Assembly: GCA_001819335.1 (NCBI GenBank)
Contig: MHMH01000021.1
Coordinates: forward strand, 1-62,835
Origin: Candidatus Nealsonbacteria bacterium RIFCSPLOWO2_01_FULL_43_32
Lineage (GTDB): Bacteria; Patescibacteriota; Minisyncoccia; Minisyncoccales; MHMH01
DNA length: 62,835 nt
Direction: 5' to 3'
Below the pieces are notes generated by a model. That model was given only the letters and a program-made list of their open reading frames with translations. It was not told the DNA's origin and ran no database searches. Of this stretch, positions 1 through 8,052 are shown piece after piece (positions within the stretch are counted from its first letter, which is position 1; the number at the start of each line of letters is the position of its first letter). The position numbers were made by a program, and so were the translations under genes.

Positions 1-89
1 CAAAACACTGCGGGCTTAACGGAAAAACGCCGAACGAAATGCTTAAATTGTCAACTTAAAAAAACCGCCAAATGTCTGTATCTAAAACA
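1..89 (+). mobile_element. Right end of a probable IS481/IS3-like insertion sequence (3' end of an rve-type transposase plus candidate terminus)
   Basis: Frame from 3 to 59 reads KHCGLNGKTPNEMLKLST*, matching the H-x-x-L-x-x-x-T-P tail of rve integrase-core transposases. The downstream sequence ends ...tgtctgtatctaaaACA at 87-89; IS481-family elements end in ACA. Only a fragment is visible. Confidence 0.5.
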
Positions 90-128
90 AAATGGCCCAG
101 AATTAAAATAAAAGAGGCCGAACCTCTT

Positions 129-572
129 TCATTTTTTATACAACTTCCTAATCCGATTAATATCGCCAACTGTGATCCATGCTGACATTGCGCCAAATCC
201 AGCTTTATTAATATTAAACGGTTTAATTTCCTGCGGATTTTTCAAGAATATAAGTATGCAATATTTTTTATTTTTAAATCTATTAAAAAATTCAGGTATT
301 TTCTCTTTTTCCAATCCGTCATCATCACCATATTCATTTAATATCTGCTCCACTCTCTTGGGAGTTAGGTCAGTAAATTGCATAACCTTACTGACTTCCG
401 CTTTTATTCTTACTGGCCCTCCCGAATCTTTAAAATAAACCGTTTCGCCTGCTTTAATGCTGTCCCAGGGCTTATATCTGACCGAATACCACCTGGACTC
501 AATCTTTTTCTGGCCGGTCAGAATTTTATCCGTCAGTCCCCACGATTTTTTCATGATCGCTAAGTGTTCCAT
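129..572 (-). CDS. ASCH/PUA-like domain protein
   Basis: N-terminal HLAIM...KILTGQKKIESR...IKAGETVYF pattern (G-x-K-x-x-E-x-R motif of ASCH domains). Confidence 0.7.
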   Translation of the reverse strand: MEHLAIMKKSWGLTDKILTGQKKIESRWYSVRYKPWDSIKAGETVYFKDSGGPVRIKAEVSKVMQFTDLTPKRVEQILNEYGDDDGLEKEKIPEFFNRFKNKKYCILIFLKNPQEIKPFNINKAGFGAMSAWITVGDINRIRKLYKK

Positions 573-577
573 AACAC

Positions 578-907
578 TTATATTGCTTCCAGCGGATAAA
601 TGTCTAATGCCACTTCTTCGTAGGGGTGTGCTTCTTTGATTGCTTTTACCACATCGGTCAGTTTATCCCGTTCGCATACGGCTTCTATTCTTTCTTCCGC
701 CACCGATTCGAGCTTTCCGACTTCTCCGATGTTGGGATGCGCGCCCTTCTGGGGCCTGAATCGCCCAATGCCTTTTGAGGAAAAACTGCAGCAAGCGTAA
801 TTGCCTAGTTTTCCCGCTCCAGCTTTTCCTATGGCTTCCCTGACTGCATTCGCATGAGTCTCGGGCACAAAGACAACTATTTTCACTATTTTTGATTTAT
901 TTTCCAT
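578..907 (-). CDS. Stand-alone NIF3/YqfO PII-like (CutA-like) domain protein
   Basis: KIVVFVPETHA...AGAGKLGNY..CSF...G.GRFRP..GAHP.IG...E.RIE...AHPYEEVALD is the YqfO insertion-domain signature. Confidence 0.8.
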   Translation of the reverse strand: MENKSKIVKIVVFVPETHANAVREAIGKAGAGKLGNYACCSFSSKGIGRFRPQKGAHPNIGEVGKLESVAEERIEAVCERDKLTDVVKAIKEAHPYEEVALDIYPLEAI

Positions 908-3374
908 GGCAATGTTTATATTTAATCGGGCGGCCGTCGGGATGAGTCGCTCCGCACGGGCAGGGGTCGTTGCGCCCCGCCTTCGCTCCGCTTTGCGGAG
1001 CTTCGACGGGCAAGCCCACTTTTTTCGGTTGTTCTTTTAAAGAAACTTTCAGAATGGTACTGGCGATGCTTGAGTCAAGCGTGCTTAACAGCTTCTGGAA
1101 CATTCTGTGGCCTTCGGTCTTGTACTCCACCAAAGGATCTCTCTGGCCGTAAGCCCTCAGCCCGACCGAGTCCCGAAGGGACTCCATCTCCTCCAGATGG
1201 TTCATCCAAAGCATGTCCAAAGTCCTCAAAGCGACCACCTTAGCAACCTTATCAAAATTATCACCCAATTCTTTTACTTTATTCTCTAGGGCATCTTTTT
1301 CTTCTGGGGACCTTAACCAATTTCTTAATTTTTCCGCCCAAACCGATGATTTCTGTCCCTGCGGGACATCTCCAGTAGGGAGACAGTCTTCGGTTTCTTG
1401 AAGAAATTCTTTCCTCTTTCTATAAATCACCTCCCGATGCTTGTTGAGCACGTCATCATACTCCAAAACGTAGCGCCGGGCGTCAAAATGCATACCTTCA
1501 ATCTTTGACTGGGCCGATTCAATGGCGCTGGAAATCATCTTGGCCTCAATCGCCTCGTCCTCGGGCACCTTCAACAGACCCATCAAAGACTTAATCCTGT
1601 CTCCTCCAAAAATCCTCATCAAGTCGTCTTCCAGGGCAACAAAAAACTGGGAGGAACCCGGGTCGCCCTGCCGGCCCGACCTACCCCTCAACTGATTGTC
1701 AACTCTTCTGGCTTCGTGACGTTCCGTGCCGATGACGTGCAGGCCTCCCAATTCCCTAACCCTTCGACTGCGCTCAGGGTCATCCTCGGGATTGCCACCG
1801 AGGATGATATCCACGCCTCGGCCAGCCATGTTAGTAGCAATGGTGACCGCACCCAATCTGCCGGCTTGAGCAATGATTTCTCCTTCTTTTTCGTGCTGTT
1901 TGGCGTTCAAAATCTGATGAGGCACGCCTTCTCTCTCCAGCAGCTTCCCAAGGTATTCGTTTTTTTCAATGGAGGTGGTGCCGACCAGAATCGGCTGACC
2001 CTTTTCGTGCCTTTGCTTAACCTCTTTGACCAGCGCCTGGAATTTACCGCTGACTGATTTATAAATCCTGTCGGGCAGAAGTTTCCTCCTCATCGGCTTG
2101 TTGGTCGGGACAACCACCACGTCCAGACGATAAACCTTGTCAAATTCTTCAGCCGAAGTCGCGGCCGTGCCGGTCATGCCGGCCAGTTTCTGATACATTC
2201 TGAAATAATTCTGGAAAGTAATGGAAGCCAGAGTCAGGGATTCGGGCTGGACTCTGACGCCTTCTTTGGCTTCAATGGCCTGATGCAGCCCGCCTGACCA
2301 GCGCCTGCCCGGCATCAATCGACCGGTAAACTCATCAACAATAATCACTTCATTGTTTTTCACCACATAGTCCCTGTCTCTTTTAAACAAGGCCTGGGCT
2401 CTCAAAGCCTGTTCCAGATGATGGACGTATTTGATGCCTTTTTCCTCATAGATATTACCCATGCCCAAAGTTTCCTCTATTTTGTTGACGCCAATTTCGG
2501 TCAAAGTGACCGCTTTGAGCTTTTCATCGATTTCGTAATCGGTGGCCTGGTCCAGTTTGGGAATGAGCCTGGAAAATTCCTGATACCAGTTTGAACTTTC
2601 CATATCGGGCGCGGAAATGATCAGCGGGGTCCTCGCTTCATCAATTAAAATCGAGTCCACTTCGTCAACAATGGCGAAGTGATGTCCTCGCTGCACCTGC
2701 TGGGACAATTCATAAACCATATTGTCTCTCAAATAATCAAAACCAAACTCATTATTGGTGCCGTAAGTGATATCGGCTGAATACGCCTCTTGCCTGGAAC
2801 AAGGCCTCAAGTAGTCCTCCACCACCTTGAAGCCGCCCAGCATATCTCTCTCTTTATCCTTATTGGCTAAGGGATCATATATGTAGGCGGCCTCGTGCAC
2901 GATACAGCCAACGGACAGCCCTAAGGCATAATAGATCTGCCCCATCCAGACCATGTCGCGCTTCGCCAAATAATCGTTGACCGTGACCACGTGCACGCCC
3001 TTGCCTTCCAAAGCGTTCAGATAAACGGGCAGAGTGGCGGCCAGAGTTTTGCCTTCGCCGGTTTTCATTTCAGCAATCTTGCCCTGGTGCAGAACCACGC
3101 CGCCGATTAACTGAACGTCAAAATGCCGCTGATTAAGCGTTCTTTTTGAGGCCTCCCTGACCAGCGCAAACGCCTCCGGCAACAAATCCTCGATATTTAA
3201 GTGACTTCGGGAGTCACTTAATTTTAACTTTAATTCATTTGTTTTTTCTTTTAATTTTTCATCAGAAAAACCCTCGAATTCCTTTTCAAAGTTGTTTATC
3301 TTTTCAACCACGGGCTGCAGTTTCTTGATATATTTCTCGTTCGCATCCCCAAAAACCTTAGTTAAGATTGACAT
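897..3374 (-). CDS. secA: Preprotein translocase ATPase SecA
   Basis: MKTGEGKT Walker A, DEVDSILIDEARTPLIIS, TNMAGRGVDI, QLRGRSGRQGDPG and a C-terminal SEC-C motif GRNDPCPCG...KYKHCHG. Confidence 0.99.
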   Translation of the reverse strand: MSILTKVFGDANEKYIKKLQPVVEKINNFEKEFEGFSDEKLKEKTNELKLKLSDSRSHLNIEDLLPEAFALVREASKRTLNQRHFDVQLIGGVVLHQGKIAEMKTGEGKTLAATLPVYLNALEGKGVHVVTVNDYLAKRDMVWMGQIYYALGLSVGCIVHEAAYIYDPLANKDKERDMLGGFKVVEDYLRPCSRQEAYSADITYGTNNEFGFDYLRDNMVYELSQQVQRGHHFAIVDEVDSILIDEARTPLIISAPDMESSNWYQEFSRLIPKLDQATDYEIDEKLKAVTLTEIGVNKIEETLGMGNIYEEKGIKYVHHLEQALRAQALFKRDRDYVVKNNEVIIVDEFTGRLMPGRRWSGGLHQAIEAKEGVRVQPESLTLASITFQNYFRMYQKLAGMTGTAATSAEEFDKVYRLDVVVVPTNKPMRRKLLPDRIYKSVSGKFQALVKEVKQRHEKGQPILVGTTSIEKNEYLGKLLEREGVPHQILNAKQHEKEGEIIAQAGRLGAVTIATNMAGRGVDIILGGNPEDDPERSRRVRELGGLHVIGTERHEARRVDNQLRGRSGRQGDPGSSQFFVALEDDLMRIFGGDRIKSLMGLLKVPEDEAIEAKMISSAIESAQSKIEGMHFDARRYVLEYDDVLNKHREVIYRKRKEFLQETEDCLPTGDVPQGQKSSVWAEKLRNWLRSPEEKDALENKVKELGDNFDKVAKVVALRTLDMLWMNHLEEMESLRDSVGLRAYGQRDPLVEYKTEGHRMFQKLLSTLDSSIASTILKVSLKEQPKKVGLPVEAPQSGAKAGRNDPCPCGATHPDGRPIKYKHCHGK
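976..1014. repeat. 39-bp palindromic element, family A, in frame inside secA
   Basis: cccgccttcg-ctccgctttgcggag-cttcgacgggcaag; its arms are near-identical to those at 4713-4751. Confidence 0.85.
1340..1396. repeat. 57-bp nested palindrome in frame inside secA
   Basis: Outer arms aaaccga/tcggttt and ctgtc/gacag enclose hairpins tgtccc-tgc-gggaca and tctcc-agtag-ggaga. It lies in the atypical stretch ETEDCLPTGDVPQGQKSSVW. Confidence 0.7.
1759..1780. repeat. Short REP-like palindrome inside secA (encodes DPERSRRV)
   Basis: accct-tcgactgcgctc-agggt; a related tcgacaagctca core occurs intergenically at 53165-53176. Confidence 0.55.
3197..3221. repeat. TTAA-bounded hairpin inside secA (encodes LSDSRSHL)
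   Basis: ttaagtgact-tcggg-agtcacttaa, a perfect 10-bp inverted repeat. Confidence 0.65.
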
Positions 3375-3388
3375 ATCTGGTAGATTAA

Positions 3389-3439
3389 ATTATATTATAG
3401 AATCGTGTCTTTGACAACGAAATATGTGAAAGGTAGGAT
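3389..3439. promoter_or_regulatory. Divergent sigma70 promoters for secA (-) and the EamA gene (+) with overlapping -35 boxes
   Basis: Plus strand: TTGACA(3411-3416)-17 bp-TAGGAT(3434-3439). Minus strand: TTGTCA(3417-3412)-17 bp-TATAAT(3394-3389). Confidence 0.7.
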
Positions 3440-3445
3440 TGAGAA

Positions 3446-4339
3446 ATGGAATTATATTTAGCAATACTGGCAGGTTTGGGCGGAATGTTCGGTTGGGGTT
3501 TGGCTGATTTTTTTGCCAAAAAAACGTTAGACAAGGTAACCCCCATCAAAGCTTTCCTGTATTCACACGTCTTTGGACTTACCCTGCTTTTAATCTATCT
3601 TGTTTTTAATCGAGGACCTATTAATCTTAGCCCGAAAATCATTCTCTTTTTGATAGCGTTCGGCATCGGCGACCTCACCGCTTATACGCTTTTCTACCGG
3701 GGATTGCAGAAAGGAATGGTGAGCATTATCGGACCGATCGTGTCCATGAACAGCGGCGTCGCGGTGCTTGTTTCTTTTTTTTGGTTCGGCGAGCTTATCA
3801 CCGCGATGCGATGGATGGGACTTGGCATTGTTCTTCTGGGAACAATCCTGATTTCTTTCCAGCTGCAAAAAACCGAACTCGGCCTGAATATCAAGAATAT
3901 GACGAGCGGACTGCCGGAAGCGATAGCGGCGATGGTCATCTGGGGACTCTTTTTTCCTTTATGGGACTGGTTTCTGACCTACCAAGGAGAAGGCTGGATA
4001 TTTTCTCTCACATCAGTGACTGTGGCCGAAATCGCAGGGGCTTTCATCTTTATCTATTTCCTTTCTCGGCTAAGAAAAACTCCGGCCGATATACAGGTGA
4101 AAGAAAAACAAATCTGGTTTTGGCTGGCACTGATTGGCATTTTCACGACAGCCGGCTCTATCTTTGTCGCTTGGGGATACAGATTTACCAGCATCACCAG
4201 CGCCGTGGTCGTTCTAGGCGCGGCGTATTCCTTGCCGACCATTGTCCTAGCCCGAATCTTCCTTAAAGAAAAACTGGCTTTCAACCAGCTCATCGGAGTC
4301 GTGGCCATCATCGGAGGATTAATAATTTTAGTTCTATAA
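3446..4339 (+). CDS. EamA/DMT-family membrane transporter
   Basis: About 10 hydrophobic helices in two repeats; GWGLADFFAKK, LFYRGLQKGMVSIIGPIVS and LARIFLKEKL motifs. Confidence 0.9.
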   Translation: MELYLAILAGLGGMFGWGLADFFAKKTLDKVTPIKAFLYSHVFGLTLLLIYLVFNRGPINLSPKIILFLIAFGIGDLTAYTLFYRGLQKGMVSIIGPIVSMNSGVAVLVSFFWFGELITAMRWMGLGIVLLGTILISFQLQKTELGLNIKNMTSGLPEAIAAMVIWGLFFPLWDWFLTYQGEGWIFSLTSVTVAEIAGAFIFIYFLSRLRKTPADIQVKEKQIWFWLALIGIFTTAGSIFVAWGYRFTSITSAVVVLGAAYSLPTIVLARIFLKEKLAFNQLIGVVAIIGGLIILVL

Positions 4340-4342
4340 TAC

Positions 4343-4372
4343 AAAAGCCCAGCGGAAAACCGTTGGGCTTTT
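4343..4372. terminator. Bidirectional rho-independent terminator
   Basis: aaaagcccagcgg-aaaa-ccgttgggctttt lies between convergent genes, with A/T runs on both sides. Confidence 0.85.
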
Positions 4373-4380
4373 CAATTAAC

Positions 4381-4824
4381 TTATTTAATTAAACATTTAT
4401 AGAATTTTTCCGGAGTTTTGCCCAAAGAAAGCTTTTCAAACGGACAAAGGCCGGTTTGGTCGCGGTTCAAGATATTGGGAACTGTTTTTTGGGAATAAAA
4501 CTTAATTTTGTATTTCCTTAAGGATTTAGCCGCAAGCTTACTGCCGGTTTTTCCGTAAATTTCTTTGGCTTTTAAATAAGCAGCCAACAAAGCCGCTCCC
4601 CGTCCGACTATCTTATCAAAGATAACTAAATTGCTATATTTCTTGTCATGTTTCTGAATAAAAGCCAGGAGTCCTGCGACTCCTGCTTTTTTTGACCGGA
4701 AGATCAAGTTCCCCCGCCTTCGTCCCGCTAAGCGGGACTTCGGCGGGCAAGCAAGCCAAATTTCTAATCCCCAGGAACTTTTCAAAAATTTCTCAAATTT
4801 TTGTTTCACTTTTCTTGAAAACAA
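4381..4824 (-). CDS. DUF1893 (TM1506-like) protein; start may be the GTG at 4809
   Basis: DKIVGRGAALL...I.NRD.TGLCPFEK signature; carries an in-frame repeat-derived insert (CPPKSRLAGRRRG). Confidence 0.85.
   Translation of the reverse strand: MFSRKVKQKFEKFLKSSWGLEIWLACPPKSRLAGRRRGNLIFRSKKAGVAGLLAFIQKHDKKYSNLVIFDKIVGRGAALLAAYLKAKEIYGKTGSKLAAKSLRKYKIKFYSQKTVPNILNRDQTGLCPFEKLSLGKTPEKFYKCLIK
4713..4751. repeat. 39-bp palindromic element, family A, in frame inside the DUF1893 gene
   Basis: cccgccttcg-tcccgctaagcggga-cttcggcgggcaag. Confidence 0.85.
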
Positions 4825-5329
4825 ACTTTTGCAAAAGATAAATAATCGTCGGGATTAAAGCCAGCTGCAGAGCTATACCTAGCCAGCTCATCTGGATAAA
4901 AGCCCAGGGGTTTGCCTGGTTCCCTGCAATAAAGATAAAAGCTAATCTCGCCACTCTGCCCAAAACCATAGCTGAAATCAAAGATACCCAGATGTTTAAG
5001 CCTTTTTCTCTTAAAAGACCGACGGCCAAGCCGTAAACGCTCAGCTCTAAAATGGTTTCGGGTAAAATAACCATAGGCGGCAGATGAGTGATGCCATAGC
5101 TCATTAAGGGGCTTAAAAGTCCGACCAGCAAACCTGTCCGCCAACCGAATAAAATTCCAGCCAGCAAAACAAAAATATGCATGGGCAGGAACTTTGGCCC
5201 AGTCAGATTAAACTGATGGAAAATAGCCGGAGTCGCAACTGACAGGCCCACGAAAACTAACGAGAAGATATAATATTTTGCTCCGCTGAAGGTTAAAATC
5301 TTAGGAAGCGCTTTGGTTTGTGTTGTCAT
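4793..5329 (-). CDS. ECF transporter S component
   Basis: Small multi-pass membrane protein with FLPMHIFVLLAGILFGWRTGLLVGLLSPL...PP...ELSVYG and MVLGR motifs. Confidence 0.85.
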   Translation of the reverse strand: MTTQTKALPKILTFSGAKYYIFSLVFVGLSVATPAIFHQFNLTGPKFLPMHIFVLLAGILFGWRTGLLVGLLSPLMSYGITHLPPMVILPETILELSVYGLAVGLLREKGLNIWVSLISAMVLGRVARLAFIFIAGNQANPWAFIQMSWLGIALQLALIPTIIYLLQKFVFKKSETKI

Positions 5330-5333
5330 ATAT

Positions 5334-6179
5334 TTATTTAATAATATAATTAATAATCTTGTAAACCAGTTTGGCAGCCAGAAAATCTGGCGCTGTCAAA
5401 CCGGGAATCGGGTCCAACTCAACCACGTCAGCCCCGATGATTTTTCTTTTTTCAGCCACTTCTTTAATTAAATTAAGAACTTCGTACCAGCCCAGCCCGC
5501 CGGGTTCCGGCGTGCCGGTGGAAGGCATAATGGAAGTGTCCAAGCCGTCCAAGTCAAAGGTCAGATAGACGTTTTCTTTTAAGGTAGCGATAATTCTATC
5601 AACAGGAATTTCCGGCGCCAAAAAGATATGCTCGGCTTCTTCACCTTCTGGCATGCTCCTGATGCCCACTTGGGTAATGGGCAATCCTAAATCCTTGATT
5701 CTTTTCATCACGCACGCGTGGTGAAACTTCGTTCCCTCAAACTCCTCTCGCAAATCAGAATGAGCGTCTATCTGCAAAACTGAGAAATCATCAAATTTTT
5801 CTTTGAAAGCCTGGACCGCTCCCAGAGTGATTGAATGCTCACCGCCCAGCATCATTGGAAATTTTCCATCCTGCAATAATTGATCAACAACGTTTTTGAT
5901 GCGAGCTATGGTTTCTTCGGGCGAATTTTTAGAAGGTTCCAGCAACTCTAAAGTAAAAATGCCCTGCTTTGAGGCGTCTTTTTTTGTTTCCATGTCATAA
6001 AGCTCAATATGACGCGAGGCCTCGATCATGGCCTGAGGACCGTCTTTGGTACCTGATTTCCAATAAGTCGTGGAGTTGTAAGGCACGGGGAAAATCGCCA
6101 CTTTAGCTTTTTCATAATCTTGCTCGTTAAGCCCCAGGAAATTGAAGGGCTCTAAGGTTGGATAGGAAAATTCTTTCAT
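5334..6179 (-). CDS. speB: Agmatinase (ureohydrolase family)
   Basis: GGEHSIT, DAHSD, TFDLDGLD...PSTGTPEPGG Mn-binding motifs. Confidence 0.93.
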   Translation of the reverse strand: MKEFSYPTLEPFNFLGLNEQDYEKAKVAIFPVPYNSTTYWKSGTKDGPQAMIEASRHIELYDMETKKDASKQGIFTLELLEPSKNSPEETIARIKNVVDQLLQDGKFPMMLGGEHSITLGAVQAFKEKFDDFSVLQIDAHSDLREEFEGTKFHHACVMKRIKDLGLPITQVGIRSMPEGEEAEHIFLAPEIPVDRIIATLKENVYLTFDLDGLDTSIMPSTGTPEPGGLGWYEVLNLIKEVAEKRKIIGADVVELDPIPGLTAPDFLAAKLVYKIINYIIK

Positions 6180-6182
6180 TGA

Positions 6183-6237
6183 TCAAGTTTTTATTTTAAT
6201 AAAAACGAAGATGAAGATGAAGCCTTGCTTCATCGCC
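6183..6237 (+). repeat. Two-hairpin intergenic element, family B, copy 1
   Basis: tcaag-tttttatt tt aataaaaa-cgaag-atgaa-gatgaagc ctt gcttcatc-gcc. Confidence 0.75.
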
Positions 6238-6242
6238 CTAAA

Positions 6243-7385
6243 TTACCGCTGGTGCTTTTTATAAAGCTCATCAGCCGTCCAGCTGACCGGCTTGTCCTTA
6301 ATTTCTTTTTCCAAATCATAAACCAGCTGATCAAGCTTAAGATAGAGATTCTTTTGTTTTCTCGGCTTAGCCTTGTCTATGGCGTAACTGAAAAGAATGG
6401 GCGTGGCCAAAGTCGTGTCAGCGTAGACTACGACTGTATCTTTTAATTCATCTGGATTGATTTTTCCCCAGGAAACCGCTTCTTGCGGAGTCGCTCCGCT
6501 CAAGCCCCCCCACTGCGGACTGTCCATGGTCACCTGGATGAAATAATCGTGTCCGCCTCTCTCTATCCCCAGGCACTCCCATAGAAACGGCTGGGTCTGC
6601 ATATAAAAATTCTTGGGGGAGCCTCCGCCAAGAAGTATAGCGCCGTTCTTTTTGGCCGCATTCACAATGGCCACCGTTTCAATCACGTCCCAGTTAGGAT
6701 TAATATGTAAATCAATCGAGCCCTTTCTTTCCAGGCCTTTGTGCCTGGCCTTGTTGAAATTAGCCAAGTCCATGCCGTAAGTGCTGTCGCCGGGCGAAGA
6801 GGTGTAAACCGGAATATTGTATTTGGCCGCTTGCGCCAAAATGGAACCTTCGGGATTGGGCGCGTCTTTCAAAAGGCACTTACCCAGATAGTTATGAAAC
6901 TCGGCAGAGGAAACCGCGCCTCTGGGCGCTTTCTTGTCCAATAAAACTTTCTGAGTCCACTTATCGGTGTTTAATAAAGTATCCGTGGTTAAGAAAATAT
7001 CGTAAATCCTCACCACTCCGTGCTTATACAAGGTCGTGTCGTCTATCTGCCAGGTTCCTTTATATAAAGGAAAGTTCAAGGCGAAATGAGTATCATGATA
7101 GAGGTTGGCGCCGGTTGAAATGATAAAATCAATAAAGCCCTTCTCCATCATGGAAACAAAAAGTCCGGACATACCGGCCGGGGTCAAAGCGCCTGCAATC
7201 GTCACTCCGATGGTGGCATCGTTTTTTTGAGCCAGCATTTTTTCAACTAACAGCCGGCTGGCTTCCCCAAGTCTGGCCGAATTATAAGCTTGGTAATAAT
7301 TTTCAACCAAATCAGAAACCAAAAGACCTTTCTTTAATTTCAAAGATGAGATTTTTTTACCGGAAAGAAAAGGATTTTTTTTCAT
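6243..7385 (-). CDS. Deoxyhypusine synthase-like protein (probable homospermidine synthase, SpeY-type)
   Basis: IISTGANLYHD, GVVRIYD, LGGGSPKN and GGLSGATPQEAVSWGK (catalytic Lys); lies between Arg decarboxylase and agmatinase. Confidence 0.9.
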   Translation of the reverse strand: MKKNPFLSGKKISSLKLKKGLLVSDLVENYYQAYNSARLGEASRLLVEKMLAQKNDATIGVTIAGALTPAGMSGLFVSMMEKGFIDFIISTGANLYHDTHFALNFPLYKGTWQIDDTTLYKHGVVRIYDIFLTTDTLLNTDKWTQKVLLDKKAPRGAVSSAEFHNYLGKCLLKDAPNPEGSILAQAAKYNIPVYTSSPGDSTYGMDLANFNKARHKGLERKGSIDLHINPNWDVIETVAIVNAAKKNGAILLGGGSPKNFYMQTQPFLWECLGIERGGHDYFIQVTMDSPQWGGLSGATPQEAVSWGKINPDELKDTVVVYADTTLATPILFSYAIDKAKPRKQKNLYLKLDQLVYDLEKEIKDKPVSWTADELYKKHQR

Positions 7386-7438
7386 CGAGCTTTAATAAAT
7401 TAAAGCGAAGATTAAGAAGAGGACTAAGTCCTCTTCGC
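7386..7438 (+). repeat. Two-hairpin intergenic element, family B, copy 2
   Basis: cgag-ctttaat aa attaaag-cgaag-attaa-gaagaggac taa gtcctcttc-gc. Confidence 0.75.
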
Positions 7439-7453
7439 ATATTCATATTTTTC

Positions 7454-7996
7454 TTAAGGAATAAAAACAGCCATGGCCACCGTGGAAACCCAGCGGCCGT
7501 CTTTGTCGCCTCGGGCGCTTTGCGTCACGTTGGTGGTACGCACAATTTTCCCTGACAAACGAAAGGCCTGGCGCCGCGAGTCCCAAGCCTCATCGGGATT
7601 GAATTTCAAACCCAAAGTGGAAGCTAACATGGAAGCTGCCAAATCTTCGGCGTAGTCGCCGGCCCTGTCGCTCGTTTCGCCGAAAGGATGATGCTCTGAA
7701 AGATAGCCGTACTTTTGCTTATCTGCGGGAATAGCGCAACCGACCGAAGCGGAAAGAAGACGATTGGACTCATTGGTACAATTTCTGGCCAAAACCACAA
7801 AAACTACTTCGCCCGGGCTTAAAAATTCCAAGCCCTTAGCTCTGGTAACTTTTTTACAACCGGGCGGCAAAATACTGGAAACTGAAACCAAATTAAACGC
7901 GGCCATGCCCGCATCTCTCAACGCCAGCTCAAAAGAAGCCAGGTAATCCCGGTGAATGCCTACTCCTTTGGTGAGAAAAAATTTAGTCGGTACCAT
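7454..7996 (-). CDS. pdaD: Pyruvoyl-dependent arginine decarboxylase
   Basis: SFELALRDAG...NLVSVSSILPP (Ser-Ser autocleavage site), GYLSEHH and AEDLAASMLA. Confidence 0.93.
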   Translation of the reverse strand: MVPTKFFLTKGVGIHRDYLASFELALRDAGMAAFNLVSVSSILPPGCKKVTRAKGLEFLSPGEVVFVVLARNCTNESNRLLSASVGCAIPADKQKYGYLSEHHPFGETSDRAGDYAEDLAASMLASTLGLKFNPDEAWDSRRQAFRLSGKIVRTTNVTQSARGDKDGRWVSTVAMAVFIP

Positions 7997-8052
7997 TAAA
8001 ATCCAGAAAATATTTTTCTTTTATCCATTATTCCATTATGCCAAGAATCTTG

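Noticed and set aside
6243..7385. Hypusination of eIF5A/EF-P, or an archaeal origin of the contig
   Set aside because: secA and murB are bacterial, and the flanking Arg decarboxylase and agmatinase point to polyamine synthesis; no efp is adjacent.
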